A stretch of DNA of 64,000 nt from assembly GCA_964565065.1 (NCBI GenBank), contig CAZMDD010000046.1, positions 5,479 through 69,478 of the forward strand, written 5' to 3'. This DNA is from an uncultured Caldilineales bacterium. GTDB lineage: Bacteria; Chloroflexota; Anaerolineae; J102. The translations under genes were made by a program, and so were the position numbers. Every line of letters begins with the position of its first letter. The stretch's first letter is position 1. Shown here one piece after another: positions 18,594 to 28,320 of the stretch. The notes beneath the pieces were generated by a model that did no database searches, was not told the DNA's origin, and saw only the letters and a list, made by a program, of their open reading frames with translations.

Positions 18594-20975
18594 ATGCGGC
18601 GACATCTCCCCAAGATAACTCTGCTTTTTATTGTGCTGCTGGCTGCAGGCCTGCGGCTCTACATGCTTGATGGGCAAAGTTTTTGGGCGGATGAGGGGAA
18701 TTCGGTGGTGTTGGCGCAAAAAAGTGTCAGCGACATCATTACAGCCGCTGCCGCCGACATTCATCCTCCAGCTTATTATCTTTTACTCAAACAGTGGGCC
18801 CGGGTCTTCGGCCTGAGCGAAACAGGGGCTCGCAGCTTATCAGTCCTTTTCGGCATTCTCACCGTGTGGGGGCTTTATTTGCTGGGCACTGCGCTCAAAG
18901 GGCAGCGCGTAGGCTTGCTGGCCGCGTTGCTGGCCGCCATCAATCCCTTCTTCATCCACTACAGCCAAGAGGCCCGCATGTATCAACTGCTGGCCCTGAC
19001 CGCGGTATTAAGTGCTTATGCGCTGGTTTTGTGGTGGCAGCGCGCCCTACAAGCGCAACGTTCTGCACGAGTGGCTGTTTCAGGCCTCTATCTGGTCATG
19101 GCGCTACTGGGGCTCTACACGCACTACGCGTTTCCCATCCATCTTATCGCCCTGAATGTCGCCTGGATGATTTGGCTGTGGGGGCAACGAGACAAAGGCC
19201 CGAAAAAACTGCTACGCGACTATCTGGCGCCGTGGGCTTTGCTGCAAGCGCTGGTGATGATACTTTTTTTGCCCTGGCTCCCCACCGCACTGCACCAAAT
19301 ACGCACCTGGCCACGCCCGCCAACACAGCTCAACGCGCTCATGGCGCTGGCCCACACCCTACAGCTTTTTCTCTGCGGGCCCACGCCTCGTGGTTTCAAC
19401 GTGGTCGTGCTAACAATCATCGGACTGTTAAGCCTGGGCCTGGCAGGGTGGGGGATTTGGCGACAGATGCACACCCGCGCCTTATCGCTGGCCCGCGCGT
19501 TGTTGCCACTGCTGTGGCTGCTGGCGCCGCTGTTGGCCATGTTGGTCGCGGGCGCATTCACACCGACCTTTTTCAAATTCTTGCTGCTGGCACTGCCCGC
19601 CTGGTTGCTGTTGCTGGCCCTGGGCATCGATGCCGTGGGCATTCCCGGCATTCGGCGTCCCAAGCGAGGGGATTTCGATATCGCAACTGTCCGGGCCTAC
19701 CTACTTACGCCCATCCTGCTGTTGATGATTGCGTTACCCGCGAGCGCATCCCTCAATCGCTACTATCACGATCCTGATGCGGCCCGAGATGACTATCGGG
19801 GACTGGCAGCCTGGCTCAAAGCCACGGCCCGCGCTGGCGATGCCATCATCCTCGATGCGCCTGGTCAGAACGACGCGTTCAGTCAATACGATCATGGCCC
19901 GGCGCCCGTTTATCTCCTGCCAGACGCGCGCCCGCCCGAGCCTACGCGCACGCGACGGCAACTGGACGCGATTTTGCAGAACAGCCAGCGCATTTTTGCC
20001 ATCTACTGGGCCACCGAGCAAGCTGATCCCGATAATATCATCGAAAATTACCTGATTGCCCACGCGTTCAAGGCCTGGGATGCGTGGGTGGGACATCTGC
20101 GCTTTGTGGCTTACAGCGCTGCCCCGCCCCCCGAGTTGCTACCCCGCCCGGAGCCTACACATTTTGGCGACACTGTGGTACTGCAAGCCACAGGTCTCAG
20201 CACCGAGCCGCTCCAGCCTGGCGATATTGCCCGGGTACAACTTTCGTGGATGGCCACTGCGCCGCTGGATGTTCGCTACAAAGTGACGCTGCAATTGCTA
20301 GACTTGGCGAATCAGGTGGTAGCACAGGTAGATAGCGAGCCAGCCGGTGGCACGCAACCCACCACCGGCTGGATTCCTGGCAATGCAGTGCTGGATGGCT
20401 ATGGTCTCGCCATTCCCTTGGCCACGCCTCCGGGCGATTACCCGCTCATTGTGGCCCTTTACGATGCCGAAACTGGACAGCGTCCGACCGTCAGCGGGCC
20501 CGGCTCGCAGGGAGATTATCTGGTACTGGGTAAAGTTCAAGTCATAGCACCGCAACAAGTGCCCCCTCGTTCCATTTTGCCCATCCGCTACGATGCTGAG
20601 GTGCGTCGCAACGAGGTGCTTTTCCTGGGCCATAACCGTTTCAAGCAAGGGTACAGCCATGCCCCCGAAACACCGCTGCAACCGGGCGACATCCTGCATT
20701 TGACCACATTCTGGCAGGCCGAAAGGACACCTGCTGAGGATTATTTGTTCGAGATACGGTTGGGCGATGCCCCGCTGGGACGCTATGCGCTGGCCGGGCC
20801 CGGCTATTTGCCCACCCAGTGGCTGCCCGGGTTGCCATGGCGCGGGGAACATGCCATTTTGCTGCCAGCAGATTTAGCTACTGGACATAAACAGCAGCTT
20901 AGCCTGCAAGTACTGACACCAGCAGGAGAAAGCGTGGGTAAACCTATTCTGCTCGGGCCCAAATTGCTCTATTAG
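18594..20975 (+). CDS. GT-C fold glycosyltransferase (GT39/ArnT-like) with a C-terminal periplasmic beta-rich domain
   Basis: The N-terminus is ArnT/PMT-like (SFWADEGNSV) with more than 10 TM helices. The C-terminal domain (about 20150-20900) contains a PTTGW motif shared with CDS 52964..54331. Confidence 0.65.
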   Translation: MRRHLPKITLLFIVLLAAGLRLYMLDGQSFWADEGNSVVLAQKSVSDIITAAAADIHPPAYYLLLKQWARVFGLSETGARSLSVLFGILTVWGLYLLGTALKGQRVGLLAALLAAINPFFIHYSQEARMYQLLALTAVLSAYALVLWWQRALQAQRSARVAVSGLYLVMALLGLYTHYAFPIHLIALNVAWMIWLWGQRDKGPKKLLRDYLAPWALLQALVMILFLPWLPTALHQIRTWPRPPTQLNALMALAHTLQLFLCGPTPRGFNVVVLTIIGLLSLGLAGWGIWRQMHTRALSLARALLPLLWLLAPLLAMLVAGAFTPTFFKFLLLALPAWLLLLALGIDAVGIPGIRRPKRGDFDIATVRAYLLTPILLLMIALPASASLNRYYHDPDAARDDYRGLAAWLKATARAGDAIILDAPGQNDAFSQYDHGPAPVYLLPDARPPEPTRTRRQLDAILQNSQRIFAIYWATEQADPDNIIENYLIAHAFKAWDAWVGHLRFVAYSAAPPPELLPRPEPTHFGDTVVLQATGLSTEPLQPGDIARVQLSWMATAPLDVRYKVTLQLLDLANQVVAQVDSEPAGGTQPTTGWIPGNAVLDGYGLAIPLATPPGDYPLIVALYDAETGQRPTVSGPGSQGDYLVLGKVQVIAPQQVPPRSILPIRYDAEVRRNEVLFLGHNRFKQGYSHAPETPLQPGDILHLTTFWQAERTPAEDYLFEIRLGDAPLGRYALAGPGYLPTQWLPGLPWRGEHAILLPADLATGHKQQLSLQVLTPAGESVGKPILLGPKLLY

Positions 20976-21229
20976 CCCATAGAGTGGCGTGGGGTGGGGG
21001 AGGGGGAAATCGTTTGACATAAACCTGCGCTTTCTGACCGACCACAACAAAGCTAGGCCAGACCCAGTAGCTACTGTGGTAAGTCAAGAACATACTGGCC
21101 AGCCCAGAAGGGAGCAAGGGCTTGCGGATTGTTTTATGTCATGTCTGGTTGCGAGGGCGGTCAACACCCACGACCAGCATCTGCACATCACGCCGGGCCT
21201 GTTTTTCGGGCCAAAGAGGATTTTTACGG

Positions 21230-21420
21230 TAATTTCCCACAAAATCCCGCAATATCCCACAGATTGCAGCGATTATGTAAAACACACCCTTCTTTTAGGC
21301 CGCAAATAAACATAACAATCCTAGTGTTCACCAAAATATCAAAGTTTTAGTCGACATAAACCACAAAATCCCCACCTTTTACGCGATGCTGTGTTGGATA
21401 TTGTGGGATACTGTGGGATA
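21230..21420. promoter_or_regulatory. Cluster of TATCCCACA / TGTGGGATA motifs in an AT-rich gene-free spacer
   Basis: The motif occurs as TTCCCACAAAATCCCGCAATATCCCACAG on the + strand and twice as TGTGGGATA on the opposite strand within 21398-21420. They sit in a 535-bp low-GC spacer between convergent genes. Confidence 0.3.
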
Positions 21421-21510
21421 AAAAAGCATTTTAAGAAACACAAGCTGGGGCATGATGTCAAGCATTTCACTACAATGCACTACTGCTTTATGTGAAGTTC
21501 CCAAGCGCAG

Positions 21511-22821
21511 CTAAATGAGGTAGCGCTCAAATCTTCCCACTAACGATGCCGGTAAACGCCCGCTAAGGCGCACACCCGTTTCTTCGTGAGAACTGGATTC
21601 GACCAGGCCCAAGCTGTGAAACAAATCCACCAAATCTCCCTGGGCATAAGGCAAAAGTACCTGAACCGGGCGCATTCGCCGCACAATTTCAGCTTCGATG
21701 CGTGAAAGCAATGCCTCGAGCCCCAGAGCCTTTTTAGCGGAAACAAGCAAGGCATCTGGATAGTCCTCCGCCAAAACGGGCCAAAGGCGTTGTCCCGGGA
21801 GCAAATCCTGCTTGTTGAAGATGGTAATCACTGGAATATGGCCCGCGCCCAAATCATCCAGCACCTCTTCTACCACACTGGCCTGCTCCAGGGCATTGGC
21901 ATGTGAGGCGTCAACCACGTGCAAAATGATGTCCGCCTCTAAAATTTCTTCCAGCGTAGCGCGAAACGCAGCCACCAGGTCAGTGGGCAACTTCTGAATA
22001 AAGCCCACCGTGTCTGTGAGCAGCACCTCGCGGCCCGAGGGCAACGCCATCTTGCGGGTGGTAGGATCCAGCGTGGCGAATAACTTATCCTCGGCCAGCA
22101 CCCGGGCGGGCGTCAGCGCATTGAGCAAGGTCGATTTCCCGGCGTTGGTGTATCCCACCAGCGCCACCAGGGGCCGGTGAGACTCACGGCGTCGGGCCCG
22201 ATAGCGCTCGCGATGCGCCTGCACCTCAGCCAGTGCTCGTTTGAGCTGCGAAATTTTACGCCCGATTTCCCGACGATCAATCTCTAGCTGGGTCTCACCC
22301 GGGCCGCGCACCCCCACCCCACCCGCGGCTCCACCCGCGCGCCCGCCCGCCTGACGCGCCAGGTGCGTCCACGCCCGCGTGAGACGAGGCAATCGATACA
22401 CATATTGCGCCAGCTCCACCTGCAAGGCCCCCTCACGGGTGTGTGCGTGCTGTGCAAAAATATCCAAAATCAGTGCTGTGCGATCCAGCACCTTGACCCC
22501 ATCCGCATCGATAGCCCGCTCGATGTCGCGTTGCTGCCGTGGACTCAACTCATCATCAAAAATGACGACCTGAATGTCAGCTTCGCGGACAAATTGCACC
22601 AATTCCTCCAGCTTTCCCCTGCCAATCAGCGTGGCAGGATTGGGTGCGTTCAGCATCTGTGTTAAGCGTCCCACCACACGCACCCCCGCTGTCTCAGCCA
22701 GACGCGCCAGCTCGTCCAGGCTGTCGCTCAGTGAAAAAAGTGCTGGTTCCCCCTTGATGCCAACGCCCACCAGCAAACCACGCTCAATGATAGGCTGAAT
22801 TTCGATAAAAGTTTGCTTCAT
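21511..22821 (-). CDS. hflX: GTPase HflX
   Basis: It has the HflX N-terminal domain and a G domain (GYTNAGKSTLLNALT, DTVGF, NKQD). Confidence 0.9.
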   Translation of the reverse strand: MKQTFIEIQPIIERGLLVGVGIKGEPALFSLSDSLDELARLAETAGVRVVGRLTQMLNAPNPATLIGRGKLEELVQFVREADIQVVIFDDELSPRQQRDIERAIDADGVKVLDRTALILDIFAQHAHTREGALQVELAQYVYRLPRLTRAWTHLARQAGGRAGGAAGGVGVRGPGETQLEIDRREIGRKISQLKRALAEVQAHRERYRARRRESHRPLVALVGYTNAGKSTLLNALTPARVLAEDKLFATLDPTTRKMALPSGREVLLTDTVGFIQKLPTDLVAAFRATLEEILEADIILHVVDASHANALEQASVVEEVLDDLGAGHIPVITIFNKQDLLPGQRLWPVLAEDYPDALLVSAKKALGLEALLSRIEAEIVRRMRPVQVLLPYAQGDLVDLFHSLGLVESSSHEETGVRLSGRLPASLVGRFERYLI

Positions 22822-22845
22822 GTATTTTATGTCTACTTTGTCGAA

Positions 22846-23697
22846 TCATTCCCCTGCCAACGACGTGGCAATCGATAGGAAATGATTGTTTTCGAGATAC
22901 GATTCCAGCAGCGTGCCCACAGCTTGCAAGGGGGCTTCTTGCAAAGTATCACACGCATCTGCTGCGCTGGATTGCGTTAGTTTGACCGCGGGAATGCCTG
23001 CCTGCACAAAAACGGTCATGGCATCGTTCTCCGACTGCCCCAGTTCATCCACAAACCAGTCTTCAGAATGCAGACGCCTGGCATCAGACCAAAGATGCCG
23101 CTGCAAAAGTTTGTTAGCGTCCGCTACTTGGCGAATGGGCTCCCCTCCCCCAAGCTGGTTGAGATAGATGACGGCGGCGGGATGCCGCACGGCGATGAAA
23201 TTTGGTGCGCCGGAGGTTTCGGGCCAGTTCGGAGCGGTCTCACCATCCAAAAAGAGTAACCAGACACGATGATCTAGCTTTTTTATGTCGAGAGATCGAG
23301 CCAACTCCAGCAGCAAGGCGGTCTCCCCTGCCCCACCGCCGCGAGAGGAATCGTAATGGGTGGCAATCACCAGCAGTGGGCCCGAATTGCCCGCCATGGC
23401 CACAATGTTGCGTAATTGCAGATTATCCACCGCATAATCCTGCACCGCAATCTTCCAGCCGGCCTGGGTGAGCACTTCGGCAATGGTGTCGCCCAGGGCC
23501 CAGTCGGCAGCGGACCCCGCGGGCCGCGGCCCTGCTTCGCATTGGGCGCGGGCCAGAAGCAGGGCTCGCTCGCCATCGAAACCGACCTGACTGGCACTTT
23601 GACCGGGTAACAGGCCCCAACCCAACCAGGCCAGATAACCCAATGCCACCACCAGCACAGCCAGCGTGGCGATTTGGGAAAATCCTTGTCGCTGCAT
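22846..23697 (-). CDS. M28-family peptidase-like protein (aminopeptidase / glutaminyl-cyclase fold), membrane anchored
   Basis: It has an N-terminal TM helix, followed by an HYDS context and an LFLDGETAP motif typical of M28-like Zn peptidases. Confidence 0.5.
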   Translation of the reverse strand: MQRQGFSQIATLAVLVVALGYLAWLGWGLLPGQSASQVGFDGERALLLARAQCEAGPRPAGSAADWALGDTIAEVLTQAGWKIAVQDYAVDNLQLRNIVAMAGNSGPLLVIATHYDSSRGGGAGETALLLELARSLDIKKLDHRVWLLFLDGETAPNWPETSGAPNFIAVRHPAAVIYLNQLGGGEPIRQVADANKLLQRHLWSDARRLHSEDWFVDELGQSENDAMTVFVQAGIPAVKLTQSSAADACDTLQEAPLQAVGTLLESYLENNHFLSIATSLAGE

Positions 23698-23699
23698 CG

Positions 23700-25082
23700 T
23701 TACTTTCGATCCTTACCGCGCAATTTCAAGCGAATGGGTGTCCCCTCGTAGGGATAGCGCTCACGAATTTTGTTTTCGAGATAACGCATGTAGGTAAAAT
23801 GCACCGCCCGCGGGTCATTGACAAAAAAGACAAAGGTCGGCGGGTCTACCGCGGCCTGGGTGACGTAATAGAACCGGGCCCGACGTCCCTTGAACGTTTT
23901 GGGGGGCGATACCGCAATGGCATCCTGCAACAGCCGATTCAGCTCACCGGTAGAAAGCCGCTGTTCCCGTTCTTCCTTCACACGTAGCGATGTCGGCAGC
24001 ACTTGCGTGACCCGCTGCTTGGTTAGCGCCGAGATGTACAAAACAGGCACATAATCGAGAAATTTCAACTCTTGGCGCAAAGACTTGTTGTATTCCGCCA
24101 TGGTGTGGGTATCTTTGGCAATGGCATCCCATTTGTTCACCACGATGATGAGACTGCGGCCCTCTTCCAGGATGTAGCCGCCAATGTGCGCATCCTGCGC
24201 CGTAACGCCCTCGGTGGCATCCAGCAGCAAAAGCACCACATCAGAGCGCTCGATAGCCCGCAACGAGCGCATGACGCTGTACCGTTCGATGCCGCGCTCG
24301 ATGCGCCCGCGTCGGCGAATGCCCGCGGAATCCACCAGCACCACCTTGCGCCCATCCCAGGTAAGGTGCGTGTCCACAGCATCGCGGGTTGTACCGGCAA
24401 TGGCGCTGACAATGGCCCGATCTTGCCCCAAGAGTGCGTTCAGCAAGGAGGATTTTCCCACATTGGGACGCCCGACAATGGCGATGTGCAATGTTTCATC
24501 ATCAGGCTCTTCATCATGGTCATGCTGCGGCAAATGCTGTACCACTACATCCAGCAAATCGCCCGTGCCCGTGCCATGATACGCAGAAATCGGGTGCGGT
24601 TCCCCCAAGCCCAATGCGTAAAACTCCAACGCATCCAGCCGCCGCGCCGCATTATCGGCCTTGTTGGCCACCAAAATCACCGGTTTATCGGCATTGCGCA
24701 GCAACGAGGCAACATCTTCATCCGCGGCCGAAAGCCCATCCTTGGCATCAACCAGGAACAGAATCACGTCAGCTTCTTCGATGGCCAGCTCTGCCTGCGT
24801 GCGAATTTCGGTAACAAAACCTTTGGAGGCAGAAGCCAGCGGGTCGTCAGGCGTTTTCGAACGCCCATCCCGTTCACGCATGGGCTCGATGCCACCGGTA
24901 TCGACCACCACAAAGGGGACGCCTGTCCATTCGGCATCGCCGTAAAGACGGTCGCGGGTTGTGCCGGGCAGGTCTTCGACAATGGCTTGCCGTTCACCCA
25001 CCAGGCGATTGTAAAGCGTTGATTTTCCTACATTGGGGCGGCCCACCAGGGCCACAATGGGTTTGGGATGCTGTTTGCTCAT
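23700..25082 (-). CDS. der: Ribosome-associated GTPase Der (EngA)
   Basis: It has two tandem G domains (GRPNVGKSTLYN and GRPNVGKSSLLN) plus a C-terminal KH-like domain. Confidence 0.9.
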   Translation of the reverse strand: MSKQHPKPIVALVGRPNVGKSTLYNRLVGERQAIVEDLPGTTRDRLYGDAEWTGVPFVVVDTGGIEPMRERDGRSKTPDDPLASASKGFVTEIRTQAELAIEEADVILFLVDAKDGLSAADEDVASLLRNADKPVILVANKADNAARRLDALEFYALGLGEPHPISAYHGTGTGDLLDVVVQHLPQHDHDEEPDDETLHIAIVGRPNVGKSSLLNALLGQDRAIVSAIAGTTRDAVDTHLTWDGRKVVLVDSAGIRRRGRIERGIERYSVMRSLRAIERSDVVLLLLDATEGVTAQDAHIGGYILEEGRSLIIVVNKWDAIAKDTHTMAEYNKSLRQELKFLDYVPVLYISALTKQRVTQVLPTSLRVKEEREQRLSTGELNRLLQDAIAVSPPKTFKGRRARFYYVTQAAVDPPTFVFFVNDPRAVHFTYMRYLENKIRERYPYEGTPIRLKLRGKDRK

Positions 25083-25099
25083 AACTTATCAAAGGCTCG

Positions 25100-26437
25100 C
25101 TACGGAGTCGGTGTTGGTGTGGGAGTGGGGGTTGGTGTGCGGGTTGCTGAGAATTTCAGTACCGGCTCAGGGGATAAAACAACGGGCGTAGGCTTGGTGA
25201 TGATAGTGACTTGCACGGCCTCGGGCAAAATGGTTTGCACACTGACCCCCTCGGGCAAAACCAGAATCGGGGTGATGGTATGGGCGCCCACATCCAGGCC
25301 CGAAACATCCAGCACCGCCCGCACGTTAACATCGGCAGTCAGGGCTTGCAGCTTGGGAAGCGGCCCTTGCAGGATGACATCGATGGTTTCGGGCGAGACA
25401 TTTTCGATGCTTAGTCCCGGAGTCAGGCCTTGAATCACCGGGCGCAATGTTACGGTCAGGCTGCCCTCGATGGGCTCGATGCGTACATGCACCACCACCG
25501 CCTGCTTGCCCACTGCTGCCACCGATTCAGGCAGCACAATGGGGACGCGCTCCTCGATATCGGCCACGGCGCCCTGAATCTGCACTGGCACAGTCTCGAC
25601 AAAGGGAGGCATGCCATCCAGCGTAGCAGGATCACCCAGCAGCGTGACCGTGGTGGGTGTAACAGTAATGCCTGTGATGCGATAGTTGGCCGCTGGCTGC
25701 CCCTGGATTTTGGGCAACACGGTCTTTTCGGCAAAGCCTTGTTGCTGTTTGATGGGCGTTAGCGCAGAAACAGTGGGTGGATCTGCCTCCAGGCCCGAAA
25801 CCACCATACCATACGCATCCCGCAAACTCACATAATCGGTGATGCTGATATCCTGACGGGCATCGGTAAGGCGGATGGCAATTTCGGCCCGTTCGACGCG
25901 CTCAACAATGGGCTCGGGCCCACGAATGGTGACCGTAGCGGGTGTGATGACAGTAGAGCTGGCCAGCATGAATCCAAAGGGCAGGCTGCCCACATAATTG
26001 GCTCTGACTGGTACTTCTTTCTCAACCTTGCGCACCAAATCCACCACCACCGCTTCGGGATAAACATCCAGCACCTTAACGCCCGCCACATTCGATTGCA
26101 CGCCAATGCGAACCTCCTGCGAACCAGGTGTAACATCTTTGAGATTGATGGAGGCAGTGAAATCGGAGGGGGCCAGGGTGTTGATGATGCCCTGGGGCCC
26201 GCGTACCCGAATATCAATAGCTGAGGGCAAGGCTGGCTGCTGCTCGGCATAAGCCAGATGCTCAGGCAGATTTTGCACCCGCACCGAAACACCAGATAAC
26301 AGCACCGTGACCATGGGATTCTGTTGCTGCATGGCCGCACTCCAGACCACCAGCGCCAGCACAAAGGCCAGGGCCAGCGTACCCAGACGGCTCAGCCATT
26401 TCGAGTAGGCAGATGCGGTAGAATCTTGCTGCATCAT
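25100..26437 (-). CDS. cdaR: CdaR (YbbR-domain) regulator of diadenylate cyclase, with a C-terminal PT-repeat tail
   Basis: It has an N-terminal TM helix and repeated YbbR-like beta domains. It lies immediately downstream of cdaA and overlaps its stop. Confidence 0.7.
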   Translation of the reverse strand: MMQQDSTASAYSKWLSRLGTLALAFVLALVVWSAAMQQQNPMVTVLLSGVSVRVQNLPEHLAYAEQQPALPSAIDIRVRGPQGIINTLAPSDFTASINLKDVTPGSQEVRIGVQSNVAGVKVLDVYPEAVVVDLVRKVEKEVPVRANYVGSLPFGFMLASSTVITPATVTIRGPEPIVERVERAEIAIRLTDARQDISITDYVSLRDAYGMVVSGLEADPPTVSALTPIKQQQGFAEKTVLPKIQGQPAANYRITGITVTPTTVTLLGDPATLDGMPPFVETVPVQIQGAVADIEERVPIVLPESVAAVGKQAVVVHVRIEPIEGSLTVTLRPVIQGLTPGLSIENVSPETIDVILQGPLPKLQALTADVNVRAVLDVSGLDVGAHTITPILVLPEGVSVQTILPEAVQVTIITKPTPVVLSPEPVLKFSATRTPTPTPTPTPTP

Positions 26438-27240
26438 ATTGTTTCTATCCCCTCGAAAAGATCACGTCGGGCCTCGTAAAAGCGTTCAAGAATTCGGCGT
26501 AGTCGTTTTTCATCCAGAGGACGGGCCAACCCTCCATGCCAGGCTGCGGAGATGCTGCCCGTTTCTTCACTAACCACCAACGCCAGCGCATCAGTATCTT
26601 CGGTAATGCCCAGTGCGGCCCGATGCCGTGTGCCAAGCGTTGCATCCGGCAAGATGCGTTGGGTTAAGGGCAACACGCTGGCCGCAGCCACCACCCGATC
26701 CTTGCGGATGAGTACCGCCCCATCGTGCAGCGGCGTGCCCGGATAAAAAATAGTAATCAGCAATTCCCGGTTGATGGCAGCATCGATGATGACACTCTTC
26801 TCAACATACATCTCCAGCCCTACGCGGTCTTCAAACACAATGATGGCGCCGATTTTTTGCGTAGCCATACGCTGACACGCAGCAATCACCTCGCTGACAA
26901 TTACCGAATAGCCGGTGTTGCGCCGCTGACGACCAAACAGAACATCGGTGCGCCCCACACGTTCCAGAGCCCGCCGCAATTCTGGCTGAAAGATGACCGG
27001 CAGCGCAATCAAAATGGCCAGCGACGAGGTGCGCACCAGCCAGCTAAAAGCAATCAGCCCCGAAAAGCTACTGAGCAAGGCAATAATCAAAAAGATGATA
27101 AGCAGCCCGCGCAAAAGCTGCACTGCCTGCGTGCCCGCAAACAAGCGCAATAACGTGTAAAGAACGAGCGTCACCAGCAAAATATCCAGTGCGCTCTGCC
27201 AGGTAAAAAGCTGGCTGGCAAGACCGAGAAAGTTATCCAT
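26434..27240 (-). CDS. cdaA: Diadenylate cyclase CdaA (c-di-AMP synthase)
   Basis: It has three N-terminal TM helices and a DAC domain with the motifs HDGAVLI, RHRAALG and VSEETGSIS. The start is the ATG at 27240. Confidence 0.85.
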   Translation of the reverse strand: MDNFLGLASQLFTWQSALDILLVTLVLYTLLRLFAGTQAVQLLRGLLIIFLIIALLSSFSGLIAFSWLVRTSSLAILIALPVIFQPELRRALERVGRTDVLFGRQRRNTGYSVIVSEVIAACQRMATQKIGAIIVFEDRVGLEMYVEKSVIIDAAINRELLITIFYPGTPLHDGAVLIRKDRVVAAASVLPLTQRILPDATLGTRHRAALGITEDTDALALVVSEETGSISAAWHGGLARPLDEKRLRRILERFYEARRDLFEGIETI

Positions 27241-28174
27241 CGTTGCTATTGTACCCTGCTTTGTCCGGGGATGAAAAAACGTCCATGGCTCTGAGTTGGC
27301 TGGCAATACCGGGCAGCGCTGCTCGCCCGGGCGAAGCAAATGAGCCCTCCTTGATAGCAGTCACCCATTCGTAATCGACCAAAAAGGGACGAATGCTGAT
27401 ATTCTTCATCGAAAGGGCTTTCAGTAATTGAAACACCTGAGAATGCGACCAGGTGCGCCCTGGCAAAAAACGGGATTGCAAGCCGATGCGATTAGTGATG
27501 AACAACAATCCGCCCGGGCGCAGAACTCGCACCAGCTCTGCCAAGGCTGCTTCTGGGTTCGGAAAGAACTCCAGGGCTTCCAGGCAGGTCACCACATCAA
27601 AAAAGGCATCCTCAAAGGGCAACTGCTGTGCGCTGTGCTGAACAAAATGCAGATGTGCGCCGGGCTGCAATCGGGCCCGGGCCTGCTGCAACATTTTCAG
27701 CGACGCATCCAGCAATACCCAGCGGGCCTCGGACAACAAACCGCCAAGCTGCACCGCCAGCGGCAATCGCCCGCTACCCGTGGCAACATCCAAAATGAGC
27801 GGCGGCTCCCGCTTGGCCTCAACCTGCAAAACAAAGGGCTGAGCCAAATAAACCACCTCATCCTCGATGTCCCAATTCTTGATGGCGTCGTAACGCTTGG
27901 CATACAAATCATACAGCCAAATGACCACCCGCTCCCCCAAATACGCGCCCTCAGTCAAAAAAAAGAGCCAATAGAGGAACAATGCGCCAAGAAAAATCAG
28001 GGAAAGAGCAATGAACAAATTCAAGAGCAGCCTTGAGAAAGCCCCAACCCAATCAGGGTGAGACAGAGACGCAGAGGTCACAGAAGAAAAAGCAGCCGTA
28101 TTGTACACAATAAAAGAGCCATGCTGCAACCTTTTCTGGCACTGCAAAGGCGTTTTCTGCGCACGCGGGCGCAT
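27233..28174 (-). CDS. Membrane-anchored class I SAM-dependent methyltransferase
   Basis: It has SAM motif I (LDVATGSGRLPLAV) and motif post-II (LRPGGLLFITN). The start is uncertain: the TTG at 28216 and the ATG at 28174 are both possible. Its 3' end overlaps the cdaA start by 8 nt. Confidence 0.55.
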   Translation of the reverse strand: MRPRAQKTPLQCQKRLQHGSFIVYNTAAFSSVTSASLSHPDWVGAFSRLLLNLFIALSLIFLGALFLYWLFFLTEGAYLGERVVIWLYDLYAKRYDAIKNWDIEDEVVYLAQPFVLQVEAKREPPLILDVATGSGRLPLAVQLGGLLSEARWVLLDASLKMLQQARARLQPGAHLHFVQHSAQQLPFEDAFFDVVTCLEALEFFPNPEAALAELVRVLRPGGLLFITNRIGLQSRFLPGRTWSHSQVFQLLKALSMKNISIRPFLVDYEWVTAIKEGSFASPGRAALPGIASQLRAMDVFSSPDKAGYNSNDG

Positions 28175-28320
28175 GATGCGTGCGGGAACGCCCAACCGCT
28201 GGATAACGGGAACCAATGCCCCCCTTGTACTTCCACATCTGCCCCAAAATAACGTATACTTGAGCCATAAAATTCAGACAATTATCACCAGTGTCGTTAT
28301 TATCGATGAGGATAAACCGA

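Noticed and set aside
20989-21350. Short ORFs 20989..21309 + and 21129..21350 + in the AT-rich spacer
   Set aside because: They have no RBS and no domain signal, and the composition is atypical for coding sequence in this genome. I treated the region as non-coding or regulatory instead.
24072-25022. Large antisense or out-of-frame ORFs inside well-supported genes (for example 349..978 -, 3052..3828 -, 11008..11877 +, 12313..12903 +, 18794..19777 +, 24072..25022 +, 39651..40553 +, 41207..42073 -, 48149..49117 -, 57172..57774 -, 62925..63968 -)
   Set aside because: In a high-GC genome, long open frames arise readily on the strand opposite real genes. Each of these overlaps a gene with strong motif-level homology evidence (der, M14 peptidase, GNAT, aspS, GT39, kinase, ugd, cytochrome c and others) and none has recognisable domains.
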